From: Candidatus Lustribacter sp.
GTDB taxonomy: Bacteria > Vulcanimicrobiota > Vulcanimicrobiia > Vulcanimicrobiales > Vulcanimicrobiaceae
Direction: 5' to 3'
Assembly: GCA_965277805.1 (NCBI GenBank)
Contig: OZ255842.1
Coordinates: forward strand, 2,264,894-2,328,893
Length of the DNA stretch: 64,000 nucleotides
Shown here: in pieces, positions 36,653 through 45,566 of the stretch
Layout: every line of letters begins with the position of its first letter
How positions within the stretch are numbered: the stretch's first letter is position 1
Program-made: the position numbers and the translations under genes
The notes under the pieces: model-generated
What the model saw: only the letters and a program-made list of their open reading frames with translations
What the model was told of the DNA's origin: nothing
Databases searched by the model: none

Positions 36653-37927
36653 CTAGATTTCCGCTCCGGTCGGGCCTTCGCCGACGCGCGCATAGGCGGC
36701 TTGCAGGATGCGGTTGCGATCGTCTTCGCCGATCCAGAGGTAGTCGCCGTTGCGCACGATCATGTCGTCGGCCGGGGCCGTGCGGATCACGCCCATCGGG
36801 TCCTCACCGCGCTGCACCGCCGCAACTTGTTCGAGCAGCATCTTGCGCAGCAGCACGATGCCGTCGTCGATGATGGAGAGGTGCTCTTTGTCGCGATCGA
36901 CGATCTCGCCGAGGCTCTCGAGGATCGTGCCGTCCTGTTCGGGCGCTTCGGCCGGAATCGTATAGCCGAGATCGTGCCGGCCCTCTTTGTATTCCTTGTA
37001 CGGTTCGGCCTTGAGCGGCTGACCGAGACTCGTGCGCTGCTCAACCGGTGAGGCGTGCTCGCCGGTCGGACGGTAATGCACGCGAATGTGCATCGTGTGC
37101 GTGTCGTCGATCGGCACCGACCAGCGCGCGCTCGCGGCCGGCGGCCAATCCTCTTTCTGGCGGTCGTTGCCGTAGCTCACCGCCGCGTCACCGGCGAAGA
37201 CGACACCCGGCATCGTGATCGGATGATCGCGGTAGTTCCACTCCCCGGCCTTGCGGCCGCCGCGCACCGCTTTGTAGATGCAGCCGTACTCGGTGCGCTC
37301 GAACCACGCTTTCTCCGGCACGACCGTCATCGGACGCCATAAGTCGGCGTGCAAGAAGCTCACGTGGAACGGATCGATACCGTTCTCCACACCCTGCAGC
37401 CAATTGCAATCGTTGAAGTGCTGGATGATCGGATTGCGCCAGCCTTCTGCCGTGAGGATATGGAACCGCGGCAGCACCGGCACCGGCGCCGGGCCCATGT
37501 AGGCCCACAGGCAGCCGCCGAGTTCTTCAACCGGATACGCTTTCTGCTTGATCGAATTGCGCAGTTCGTCATCGAGGTCGCCCGGCGTCTCGACCACGGT
37601 GCCTTCTTTATCGAAGAGCCAGCCGTGATAGCGACAGCGCAGCCCTTGTGCGTTCACGCGCCCGAAGCAGAGATTTGCGCGCCGATGCGCGCACAGCGAG
37701 TCGATCAAGCCCGGCTCCCCGCTTGCGGAGCGGAAGAGTACAAGGTCTTCGCCGAGCAAACGGATCAGCGTCGGTTTGTCCTTGAGATCGTCCGAGAGTG
37801 CGACGGGCCACCAGTAGCGGCGCAGCAGTTCGCCCATCGGCGTTCCCGGGCCGACGCGAGTGAGGATCTCGTTCTCTTCCGCCGTCGTGTGAAAGCGGCG
37901 CACGGCGGATTTGGTCGTCATCGTCAT
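36653..37927 (-). CDS. Rieske non-heme iron oxygenase, alpha-only (phthalate/VanA-like family)
   Basis: 424 aa. The N-terminus reads LTRVGPGTPMGELLRRYWWP, the Rieske motif is CAHRRANLCFG..CRYHGW, and the iron motif is NWLQGVENGIDPFHVSFLH. Confidence 0.85.
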   Translation of the reverse strand: MTMTTKSAVRRFHTTAEENEILTRVGPGTPMGELLRRYWWPVALSDDLKDKPTLIRLLGEDLVLFRSASGEPGLIDSLCAHRRANLCFGRVNAQGLRCRYHGWLFDKEGTVVETPGDLDDELRNSIKQKAYPVEELGGCLWAYMGPAPVPVLPRFHILTAEGWRNPIIQHFNDCNWLQGVENGIDPFHVSFLHADLWRPMTVVPEKAWFERTEYGCIYKAVRGGRKAGEWNYRDHPITMPGVVFAGDAAVSYGNDRQKEDWPPAASARWSVPIDDTHTMHIRVHYRPTGEHASPVEQRTSLGQPLKAEPYKEYKEGRHDLGYTIPAEAPEQDGTILESLGEIVDRDKEHLSIIDDGIVLLRKMLLEQVAAVQRGEDPMGVIRTAPADDMIVRNGDYLWIGEDDRNRILQAAYARVGEGPTGAEI

Positions 37928-37956
37928 GTCGGTAGGTCGCCTTTTTGCAGGAGCGT

Positions 37957-37977
37957 GCGTTCTTCCTGATAGAACGC
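37957..37977. promoter_or_regulatory. Perfect 7-bp inverted repeat in the IclR/oxygenase divergent region (candidate operator)
   Basis: GCGTTCT-tcctgat-AGAACGC lies in the 89-bp gap between 37927 (minus-strand operon start) and the IclR gene start. Confidence 0.35.
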
Positions 37978-38016
37978 TATTGCTGACAGTAGACCACTAA
38001 ACGATAGGGCGCACGA

Positions 38017-38772
38017 GTGAGGATGTCAAGGAAGACCGAGGGCGACGAATCCGCGCCGGCCGGGGGCGTGGCCGCCGTCGACCGCGCGTTGACGATTCTG
38101 GCGGTGTTCGAGCACGCGGCCGGTCCGCTGACGCTCGGCGATATCGCGCGCGGCGCGGCGCTCTATAAGAGCACGACGCTGCGATTGCTGGCCTCGCTGT
38201 TGCGCCATCGTCTCATCGTACGCATGGACGACGGCCGCTATCAGGTTGGGCCCGCGCTTTACCGCTTGGGCAGCCGCTTCGAACGCTCGCTGTGCATCGA
38301 AGAACACGCAAGCCCGATCTTACAGGAACTCGCCGCGCTCACCGGCGAGAGCGTGGCATTGTATGCACGCCAGGGCGAACACCGCTTGTGTTTGCTGCGC
38401 GTGGAATCCGCGCGCGCAATCCGGCACACGATCGACGTCGGCGAGTTGCGCCCCCTCGCGATCGGCGCCTCAGGTGCCGTGCTCCAACGCTTTGCGAACG
38501 GCTCGGCGGAAACGCCCGCGCCCGAATTTGTAACGCTCCCCGCAATGGTGCTCGGCACGCAGGACCCGGAACTCGCCGGCATGGCGATGCCGATCTTCGG
38601 CATCGGCGACACCCTCGTCTGCGCTCTCTCCATCTCCGGCCCCATGACGCGCTTCGACAGCGAATTTCTTGCAAACTCAACGCGGCTCATTATAAGCGCG
38701 GCCACCGAACTTACCGCTCGGTTAGGCGGCGACGCACAGGCCTTCTCCGCGCTTTCGTCTCGCCGCGACTAA
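38017..38772 (+). CDS. IclR-family transcriptional regulator
   Basis: The wHTH reads AVDRALTILAVFEH..LTLGDIARGAALYKSTTLRLLASLLRHRLI, followed by a C-terminal IclR effector domain. The GTG at 38017 has AGGG upstream; an alternative ATG lies at 38023. Confidence 0.9.
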   Translation: MRMSRKTEGDESAPAGGVAAVDRALTILAVFEHAAGPLTLGDIARGAALYKSTTLRLLASLLRHRLIVRMDDGRYQVGPALYRLGSRFERSLCIEEHASPILQELAALTGESVALYARQGEHRLCLLRVESARAIRHTIDVGELRPLAIGASGAVLQRFANGSAETPAPEFVTLPAMVLGTQDPELAGMAMPIFGIGDTLVCALSISGPMTRFDSEFLANSTRLIISAATELTARLGGDAQAFSALSSRRD

Positions 38773-38786
38773 GTTTGTGTCATCCG

Positions 38787-39810
38787 CTACGCGCCGACGT
38801 CGACGAAGATGTCGTCGATGTTGACCATGCGCGTCGCGATGCTCTGCTCGAACAGGTATCTCGCGAGCGTTTCCAACGTCTTGCGATTCGGCTCGAGTCC
38901 GTAGACGAACGGATCTCCACCGAAGACGTCGTCGATCTCCTCGATATCCGGGATCATCCAAGGTAACATATAGCGCAGCGTGCCTTGGTAGCGCATCTTT
39001 TCGCGCGCCAGGTCCTTCGATCGCGTAAATGCGTCGAACAAGCTGCGGGCGATGAACGGATGTTCCTCATAGACCTCCCGGCGGATCACGGCAGTATGCA
39101 TGATCGGGAAGATGCCGGTGCGCCGGAAGTAGTCGCGCTCGACCGCGCGCACATCGGGGAACAGGCGCCGCAACGCGGGGTTGGCGCGCATGGCATCCGG
39201 CACGTCGGCGCCGATGTACGCATCGATTCGGCCATCGGCAATGAGGTTCTCTAGCGGCTCTCCGCTGGTCCCCTCTTGGATCGTGAAGCGTTCACGCAGC
39301 CGCTGGAGCTGCTCCGCGCTTCCGATGTCGCGGAACGGCGTCTCTTGGACCCATTGAACGCGGCTGAGGTCGACTCCGTATTCGTCTTGCAGAAGGCCGC
39401 GTATCCAAACTGCAGCCGACATCGGAAAGTGCGTCACCCCGATTCGACGCCCTTCGAGATCCTTCGGGTGTTCGATCCCGGCGTCACGACGAACGATGAT
39501 CATGCCGTGTCGAAAAGACGCGCGACGGGAAAACCGGAATCCCGACGAACGGAGGCGTTCCGGCGGCGTTGCGTCGCACGAAGTCGGAGCTGGACATCTC
39601 CGATGCTTGGTACTTACCCTCCAGCATCCCGTCGAAGACGTCGCGCGGCGTGTCGCACGGGACGAAGGTCAAGTCGATCCCGTCCGCCTTTACCTCGCCC
39701 GAGTAAAGCGGAACCATCCGGTCATAGAGCCCGCAGGCAAAAGTCAAAGGAACGTTTGGCAACCTAGTGTCCTTTCCGGATTGGATTAACTTGTAGACGG
39801 CCCAACCCAC
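38787..39810 (-). pseudogene. PhtD-like PBP-fold gene disrupted by a +1 frameshift in an A4/T4 run
   Basis: The two ORFs 39484-39810 and 38787-39503 are the N- and C-terminal parts of one PhtD-like protein. Removing one T from the TTTT run (plus-strand AAAA at 39513-39516) gives ..PSRVFRHGMIIVRRDAGI... That matches ..VRRFFHTGVMVRTDRGI.. in the intact paralogue at 3937-4935. The likely true start is the TTG at 39762. Confidence 0.7.
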
Positions 39811-41177
39811 ACGGTTTGAATATTCATGAACTCGCGGATGCCGAGGTACGAGAGCTCGCGGCCATAGCCGCTGTGCTTCACGCCCCCAAACGGCAGACGC
39901 GGATCGGATGCGGTCATTCCGTTGATGAACACAGCGCCCGATTCAATCCGCCGCGCAAGCCGCTTTCCGCGCTCCGGGTCGCCCGTCCACAACGCGCCGC
40001 CGAGACCAAAGGTCGAGTCGTTCGCCAGGTCGATCGCGTGCTCGGAATCGCGCGCGCGAATCACCGCTGCAACCGGCCCGAACGTCTCCTCGCGAAAAAC
40101 CGCCATCGTATCGTCGACGTCGACGAGCACGGTCGCCGGGAAGAACGCCCCCGGCCCCTCAGGCAGGCTGCCGCCGAGCACGACGCGCGCGCCCTTGGCG
40201 ACGGACGCGTCGATCTGCTTCACGAGATCATCGCGCAGGTCAACGCGCGCTAACGGCCCCATCACGGTCGTGCGCTGCTCCGGATCGCCGGTCGCGTATA
40301 CCTTAGACGCCTCGACGAACGCCGCGACGAACCTGTCGTAGACGGCATCCTCAACGATGAACCGCTTCCCGCAGATACAACTCTGGCCGGCATTCTGAAA
40401 CCGTGCCTTGGCCGCCGTCTTCGCAGCAGCCGGAATGTCGGCATCCGCCAGTACGACGAACGCATCGGAGCCGCCGAGCTCGAGCACGTGCTTCTTCAGC
40501 GCACGACCGCTCTCGCTCGCCACCGAAACGCCGGCCGTCTCGCTTCCGGTAATCGTCACCGCAGCGATGCGGTCATCGGCAATCAGCGCCTTCACCTCGG
40601 CTCCCGGCACAACCAGCGTCGTGAACGTGCCCGCCGGAAAGCCCGTCTCGCGAAACACTTCCTCGATATCGAGCGCGCAGCGCGTCACGTTGCTGGCATG
40701 CTTGAGCACGCCCGCGTTGCCGGCCATGAGCGCCGGGGCTGCGAACCGGAAGACTTGCCAATACGGAAAATTCCACGGCATCACGGCCAAGACGATGCCG
40801 AGCGGCTGATAAGCGATATAGCTTTCGGTCGCGGTTGAATCGACGCGTTCGTCCGCCAAAAACCGTTCCGCGTTATCGGCGTAGAACTCGCACGCCCAGG
40901 CGCACTTCTCTACCTCGGCCTCGGCGTCGGCAATCGGTTTGCCCATCTCACGCGTCGCGTTGAGCGCGAAGCGCGCCGCGTGAGCCCGGAGATACGCAGC
41001 GGCTTTTTTCATCAACCCGGCGCGGTCGTCGAAGCTGCGCTGCGCCCACAAACGTTGCGCCGCGACGGCGCGGTCGAGCGCGGCGTCGATCTCCCCTTGC
41101 GTGTGAAGCCGGAACGTTTCGAGCGACTTCCCGTTCGCCGGGTTCACGGAAGCGACAGTTTTCGTTGCAGTCGTCAC
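39786..41177 (-). CDS. NAD(P)+-dependent aldehyde dehydrogenase (succinate-semialdehyde dehydrogenase-like)
   Basis: I chose the GTG at 41177, 4 nt after the upstream stop. Motifs are WNFPYWQ, ELGGSDAF (catalytic Glu) and NAGQSCICGKRF (catalytic Cys). Confidence 0.9.
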   Translation of the reverse strand: MTTATKTVASVNPANGKSLETFRLHTQGEIDAALDRAVAAQRLWAQRSFDDRAGLMKKAAAYLRAHAARFALNATREMGKPIADAEAEVEKCAWACEFYADNAERFLADERVDSTATESYIAYQPLGIVLAVMPWNFPYWQVFRFAAPALMAGNAGVLKHASNVTRCALDIEEVFRETGFPAGTFTTLVVPGAEVKALIADDRIAAVTITGSETAGVSVASESGRALKKHVLELGGSDAFVVLADADIPAAAKTAAKARFQNAGQSCICGKRFIVEDAVYDRFVAAFVEASKVYATGDPEQRTTVMGPLARVDLRDDLVKQIDASVAKGARVVLGGSLPEGPGAFFPATVLVDVDDTMAVFREETFGPVAAVIRARDSEHAIDLANDSTFGLGGALWTGDPERGKRLARRIESGAVFINGMTASDPRLPFGGVKHSGYGRELSYLGIREFMNIQTVWVGPSTS

Positions 41178-41181
41178 GTGA

Positions 41182-42087
41182 TTACTCCGCGCTCCGCGAA
41201 AAATCAACGGTCCGGCGCGCCATCGTCATCTCCTGAGTCGACGGGGCGGTGTAGCCCCAGAGATCGCGTCGCCCCGGTGGGAACTCTTTCGCCCATTCTT
41301 CGGGCTTGCGCACGCGATAGCTGTCATCGACTTGTAGAAACTCCGTAGAGTACTCAATCGGAAGATCCTCGGGCCCGACGAAGTAGGCGAAAATGTTGTT
41401 GCCTGGGCCGTGGCGTCCCGGCCCCCAACCCGGCAGCAGGTCGTTTTCGCGCAAACGGCCGAGCCCGCGCATCAGCGAATCGAAGTTCGGCAGTTCGAAC
41501 GCGACGTGATCGAGAGTCGTGACCGGCGACGGCACGAGCGCGATGCTGTGGTGATCGCTATTGTAGTTGACGAAGTGAATCGTGCGCGTGCGATCGATGA
41601 TCCGTCCGCCGAGCGCGTTGACGTAGAAGTCCTCGAGGCGCTCCACTTGGCGCGTGCAGATGGTGATGTGCGAGAGCTTGCGCGGGAGATCGATGCCGTC
41701 GGTCACCTCGGCGTGCGTTGCGTCGCCGGCGACGATATAGAGCAGACGGCCTTCCGGATCGCGCACGAAGAACCCATAACCGCCCCCCGGTTCGTCCGAT
41801 TCGCCGGGGGCGGTCAAGCCGTCACTCTTCTGCAGCGCCAGCCGCGCATGGATGGCATCGACCGCATGCCGGTCGTGCGCCCACAGGTCCATGCGCAGCA
41901 CTTCCGTCTGCGGCCGCTTGTGGAGCGCCAGAACGTAGTGCGGTTCGGCCGTGCCCCGCAGATAGATCGCGGCATCGTCCTGGTCGACGGCCGAAAGCCC
42001 CCACGCTTTGGTGAAGAACTCGCTCGCCTGCTCGAGATCGACGACGCCGAAATGAATTGACCTGAGGGCGCGAATTGAATCGCTCAT
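41182..42087 (-). CDS. VOC-superfamily type I extradiol dioxygenase (catechol 2,3-dioxygenase-like)
   Basis: 301 aa with two glyoxalase-like modules. It shows ..HFGVVDL.., LSHITICT, DHHSIAL, LDHVAFE and GPGRHGPGNN.FAYF..P. It forms an ATGA overlap with the upstream hydrolase. Confidence 0.8.
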   Translation of the reverse strand: MSDSIRALRSIHFGVVDLEQASEFFTKAWGLSAVDQDDAAIYLRGTAEPHYVLALHKRPQTEVLRMDLWAHDRHAVDAIHARLALQKSDGLTAPGESDEPGGGYGFFVRDPEGRLLYIVAGDATHAEVTDGIDLPRKLSHITICTRQVERLEDFYVNALGGRIIDRTRTIHFVNYNSDHHSIALVPSPVTTLDHVAFELPNFDSLMRGLGRLRENDLLPGWGPGRHGPGNNIFAYFVGPEDLPIEYSTEFLQVDDSYRVRKPEEWAKEFPPGRRDLWGYTAPSTQEMTMARRTVDFSRSAE

Positions 42088-42914
42088 AGGATGTTCTCCA
42101 TTCGTGATAATTCGTTAGCCGGATGCGCGCCTAACCATTCGAACAAGATCTGGTTGAACAGCTGCGGATGCTCTACATTCGGCAGGTGCCGGGCGTCTTC
42201 AATAATGCGGAACTCGCCGCGCTGTACCCGACGAGCGATGTCTTGGTTTTCATCGAGATCCGAGCCGAGATCGTCGGCTCCGCAGAGCACCAGCGTCGCG
42301 GCCGTAATCTGCGAAAGGCGATCCACCCAGCTAAAATTCTGAATCGCCGCCGCGCAGCCGATGTACCCTTGCGGCGACGTTGCCGCCACGGTGTCGTGAA
42401 TCTGCTGCCATAGCTGCGGACGGCGCCGGCGGCATTCCGGACTCAGCCACCGCATCATGGTATCCGCCGCCAGCGGCAGGGTCGAATTCTGGGCCTGCAC
42501 CTCGGTGATCCGCGGTCCCCACCGGTCGAGCGCATCCGCAGGCGATGCGGCACGCGTATCGCTCAGAACCATCGAGGCCACGCGTTCCGCATGCAGGATC
42601 GCGACGCCGAGCGCGATCATGCCGCCAATCGAGAGCCCGCAAAAATGCGCGCGCTCGACCTGCACCTGGTCGAGCACTAGCACCGCATCCGCGACGAGCT
42701 GCTCCATCCGGTAGTTGCCCGGCGCGGGATCGCTGCCGCCGTGGCCGCGCATGTCCACGCGCAGCACCCGGTAACCTGCCCGGAGCAGAGCCGATACCTG
42801 ATCCATCCACATCCCGCTATCCGCCGCCAGCGGATGCGCAAGGTATACCGTCTCGGCGTCCTCCGGTCCGGCGAGGTCGTAGTAGATCCGTCGTCCATGA
42901 CTTGAAAGCAGCAT
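42084..42914 (-). CDS. Alpha/beta hydrolase (3-oxoadipate enol-lactonase / meta-cleavage hydrolase-like)
   Basis: The real start is MLLSSHGRRIYYDL at 42914; the ORF extension to 43283 overlaps the permease gene. The nucleophile elbow is GLSIGG, and the C-terminal region has ARHLPNVEHP. Confidence 0.85.
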   Translation of the reverse strand: MLLSSHGRRIYYDLAGPEDAETVYLAHPLAADSGMWMDQVSALLRAGYRVLRVDMRGHGGSDPAPGNYRMEQLVADAVLVLDQVQVERAHFCGLSIGGMIALGVAILHAERVASMVLSDTRAASPADALDRWGPRITEVQAQNSTLPLAADTMMRWLSPECRRRRPQLWQQIHDTVAATSPQGYIGCAAAIQNFSWVDRLSQITAATLVLCGADDLGSDLDENQDIARRVQRGEFRIIEDARHLPNVEHPQLFNQILFEWLGAHPANELSRMENIL

Positions 42915-42916
42915 AA

Positions 42917-43789
42917 CTAGTGCGACTCCTCCCAACGGCTGCCGATGATGCCTTGCGGCCGGATTGCGAGCAGCACGAGCAAAATCGCGAACGAAATCAC
43001 GGTCTCGTAGTTCGACGAAACGTAACGCGCGACCAACGCATTGACCAGACCCAGCAGCAAGCCGCCGACGAGTGCGCCCGGCAGACTGCCGAACCCGCCC
43101 AAGACCGCCGCAACGAATCCGAACACGCCGTACGTCAGTCCCGCATCGACCGAAGTAAACTGCGCCGGCGTAATCATCGCCCCGCCGAGACCGCCCAGCA
43201 TTGCGGTGAAGGCGAAGGCCGTCGCTCCCATCCGCTCGGGCGAGATGCCCAGCAGCTGGCTCGTATCGCGGCTCGCTGCGCACGCGCGCATCGCGCGCCC
43301 CATGATGCTGTAACGTAGGATGGCGCTGAACGCCGCCATCAGCGCGAGCGTCGCGAGCGCGACGATGACGTATTGTCCGTCGATGTGGTTCCCGTCGAAA
43401 TTAAGAGTGAATCCCGCGATCCAAGACGGCAGCGTTTGCGGCATCGCGCCGAACACGGCGAGCGCACCCGTGCTGATGATCGCGCCATAGACGATCGTCG
43501 CAAGCAGCACGACGTAGGCCGGGCTGCGCCGCCGCCACAGCGGCAGCACGACGGCGATCCACAGCACGAGACCGGTGAACGCGGCGCTCAGAACGCCCAA
43601 GAGCACGGCCAACGGATACGGAAGCCCCGCGACGGAGTAGTACCACCACGTCGAGAAACCGCCGACCATCACGTAACTGCCCTGCGCAAAATTGACGACT
43701 CCGGTCGTGCGGTAGATGAGCGAATAGCCGACCGCGACGAGCGCGTAGATGCAGCCCGTCGCGATGCCCGTCGCGACGATCAAGCTCAT
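42917..43789 (-). CDS. Branched-chain-amino-acid-type ABC transporter permease (LivH-like)
   Basis: 290 aa, polytopic and hydrophobic. The N-terminus IATGCIYALVAVGYSLIYRTTGVVNFAQG is typical of LivH. Confidence 0.9.
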   Translation of the reverse strand: MSLIVATGIATGCIYALVAVGYSLIYRTTGVVNFAQGSYVMVGGFSTWWYYSVAGLPYPLAVLLGVLSAAFTGLVLWIAVVLPLWRRRSPAYVVLLATIVYGAIISTGALAVFGAMPQTLPSWIAGFTLNFDGNHIDGQYVIVALATLALMAAFSAILRYSIMGRAMRACAASRDTSQLLGISPERMGATAFAFTAMLGGLGGAMITPAQFTSVDAGLTYGVFGFVAAVLGGFGSLPGALVGGLLLGLVNALVARYVSSNYETVISFAILLVLLAIRPQGIIGSRWEESH

Positions 43790-44583
43790 ACCTCGCTCCC
43801 TTCAACCGCGGAATCGCCGAGATAAGCGTCGCGCACGGCGGGGTCGCGACGGACGTCGTCCGGAAGACCTGACGCGATGACCGAGCCGAAATTCATCACG
43901 GTCATCCGATCGGAGAGGCCGAACACAAACGGAACGTCGTGATCGACCAAGAGCATGCCGATGCCCTCGCTGCGAAACCGGCGAATGAGATCGGCCAGCC
44001 GGTTGCGCTCGATGTCGTTGAGCCCGGCTGCGGGCTCGTCCAGCAGCAGGACGCGCGGGTGCATAGCGATGGCGCGCGCGATCTCGAGGAAACGGAGTTG
44101 ACCGAAGGTAAGATTGCGCGCGTCTGTGCCGGAAAGCGCGTCGAGTTCGAACACGCGCAGCAGGCGTTCGGCCTCGTTCACCATCGCCTTCGCCTCGTGC
44201 CGCATCGCCGGGGTGCGCGCCAACACCGCGCCGAGCCGCGCATGATAGCGCGTGTGCAGTCCCACGAGCACGTTTTCAAACACGCTGAGTCCGGCCAGCG
44301 GCGTCGCCTGCTGGAACGTACGCGAGATCCCCAAACGCGCGATCCCCGACGGCGAAAGCCGGGAAAGATCCTGCGCTCCGAATCGCAAACTTCCGCCGTC
44401 GGCACGCACGAAGCCCGTAATCAGCCCGATCGTCGTCGATTTGCCGGCGCCGTTAGGCCCGATCAACCCATGCACCTGGCCGGCCGCAACCTCGAGCGAG
44501 AGCTCGGAGACGGCGACGAGCCCGCCGTAGCGCTTCGTGATGCCGCTCAAAACCAGATCGGCGGTTGCAGTCCCCGCGGTCAA
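43786..44583 (-). CDS. Liv-type ABC transporter ATP-binding protein (LivG-like)
   Basis: It has Walker A GPNGAGKST, ISRTFQ, LLLDEPAAGL and DHDV. There is no Met, so the start is the TTG at 44583 (TTGA overlap with the LivM-like stop) or the GTG at 44610. The N-terminal 340 codons of the 607-aa ORF are an out-of-frame shadow of the permease gene. Confidence 0.85.
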   Translation of the reverse strand: MTAGTATADLVLSGITKRYGGLVAVSELSLEVAAGQVHGLIGPNGAGKSTTIGLITGFVRADGGSLRFGAQDLSRLSPSGIARLGISRTFQQATPLAGLSVFENVLVGLHTRYHARLGAVLARTPAMRHEAKAMVNEAERLLRVFELDALSGTDARNLTFGQLRFLEIARAIAMHPRVLLLDEPAAGLNDIERNRLADLIRRFRSEGIGMLLVDHDVPFVFGLSDRMTVMNFGSVIASGLPDDVRRDPAVRDAYLGDSAVEGSEV

Positions 44584-45566
44584 TGCGCCGGCTCCCGTCG
44601 CCGCAACCACGCCGGCAGCATCTCGCTCAGCGGTGCGGTTTCGCCCGTCCGTCCGAAAAAGCCCGACGGCCAGAGCACGATCAGCGCGAGCAGTACCACG
44701 AAGAAGACCAGGCTCTGATACTTCTCGAGCCCAGCGAGGACTTGCGGCGCGAACGTGAGCAGGGCCGCGCCGACGATCGGGCCGGCGTACGAACCGCGGC
44801 CGCCGATGAAGAGCATCAATAGCACGTTCAAGACCACGCTGACGTCGTACAGATCCGGACCGGCAAACGAGGTGAACTCGACATAGAGCGAGCCGGCGAC
44901 CGACGCAATGACGGCGGCGATCGCGAACGCCGTGAGCTTCGCCCGCGTGATGTTGATGCCGAGCGAGATCGCGATCTCTTGGCCCGTCGCCAGCGCGCGC
45001 CACGCGCGGCCCAAGTGCGATCGCGCGAGCAACGCGAAGATGGCGAGCGCGATGCCGCACGCCGCCCAGCTGAGCACGTAAAACGGCAGCGCCCCATTTA
45101 AGGCAAACGTGCCGATGGCGAGCGGCGGCACGCCCGAGATACCGACGCTGCCGTTGGTGAGCGGCGTCGCGGCGGTCACGAATGAGTTCGTGCCGAGGGC
45201 CAGCGCAAACGTCGCCATCGCAAGGTAGTGTCCGCGCAAACGCAGGAGCGGGGCGCCGATGATGAGCGACGCAGCGAACGCGAGGATCGCCGAGGCCGCC
45301 AGCGCGAGTAGCGGATTGACGCCGAGCTTCGTCGTGAGGACCGCGCTGCCGTAGCCGCCGATCGCCATGAACGCCGTCTGTGCGAAGCTCACCTGACCGG
45401 CGAGGCCGAGCACGATGTTGAGCGAGATCACGACCATCGCATAGAGCGCGGTAATCGTCAGGCTGTAGATGACGAGCCGCCCGCCGATGAAGGGCGCCAA
45501 GACGACGACGGCAGCGATGAGGATCATCACGACGCGTTCGACCGTGTTGTGCCGCGCGATGTCCAT
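44580..45566 (-). CDS. Branched-chain-amino-acid-type ABC transporter permease (LivM-like)
   Basis: 328 aa and polytopic. It has LNIVLGLAGQVSFAQTAFMAIGGY and RLRGHYLAMATFA, typical of LivM. Confidence 0.9.
   Translation of the reverse strand: MDIARHNTVERVVMILIAAVVVLAPFIGGRLVIYSLTITALYAMVVISLNIVLGLAGQVSFAQTAFMAIGGYGSAVLTTKLGVNPLLALAASAILAFAASLIIGAPLLRLRGHYLAMATFALALGTNSFVTAATPLTNGSVGISGVPPLAIGTFALNGALPFYVLSWAACGIALAIFALLARSHLGRAWRALATGQEIAISLGINITRAKLTAFAIAAVIASVAGSLYVEFTSFAGPDLYDVSVVLNVLLMLFIGGRGSYAGPIVGAALLTFAPQVLAGLEKYQSLVFFVVLLALIVLWPSGFFGRTGETAPLSEMLPAWLRRREPAH

Noticed and set aside
39484-39520. Programmed ribosomal frameshifting, or two genuine separate genes, at the PhtD-like split.
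   Set aside because: There is no slippery heptamer or downstream structure context that I can see. The break is a simple extra base in a 4-nt homopolymer, and the three paralogues are single-chain. A pseudogene or sequencing error is the simpler reading.
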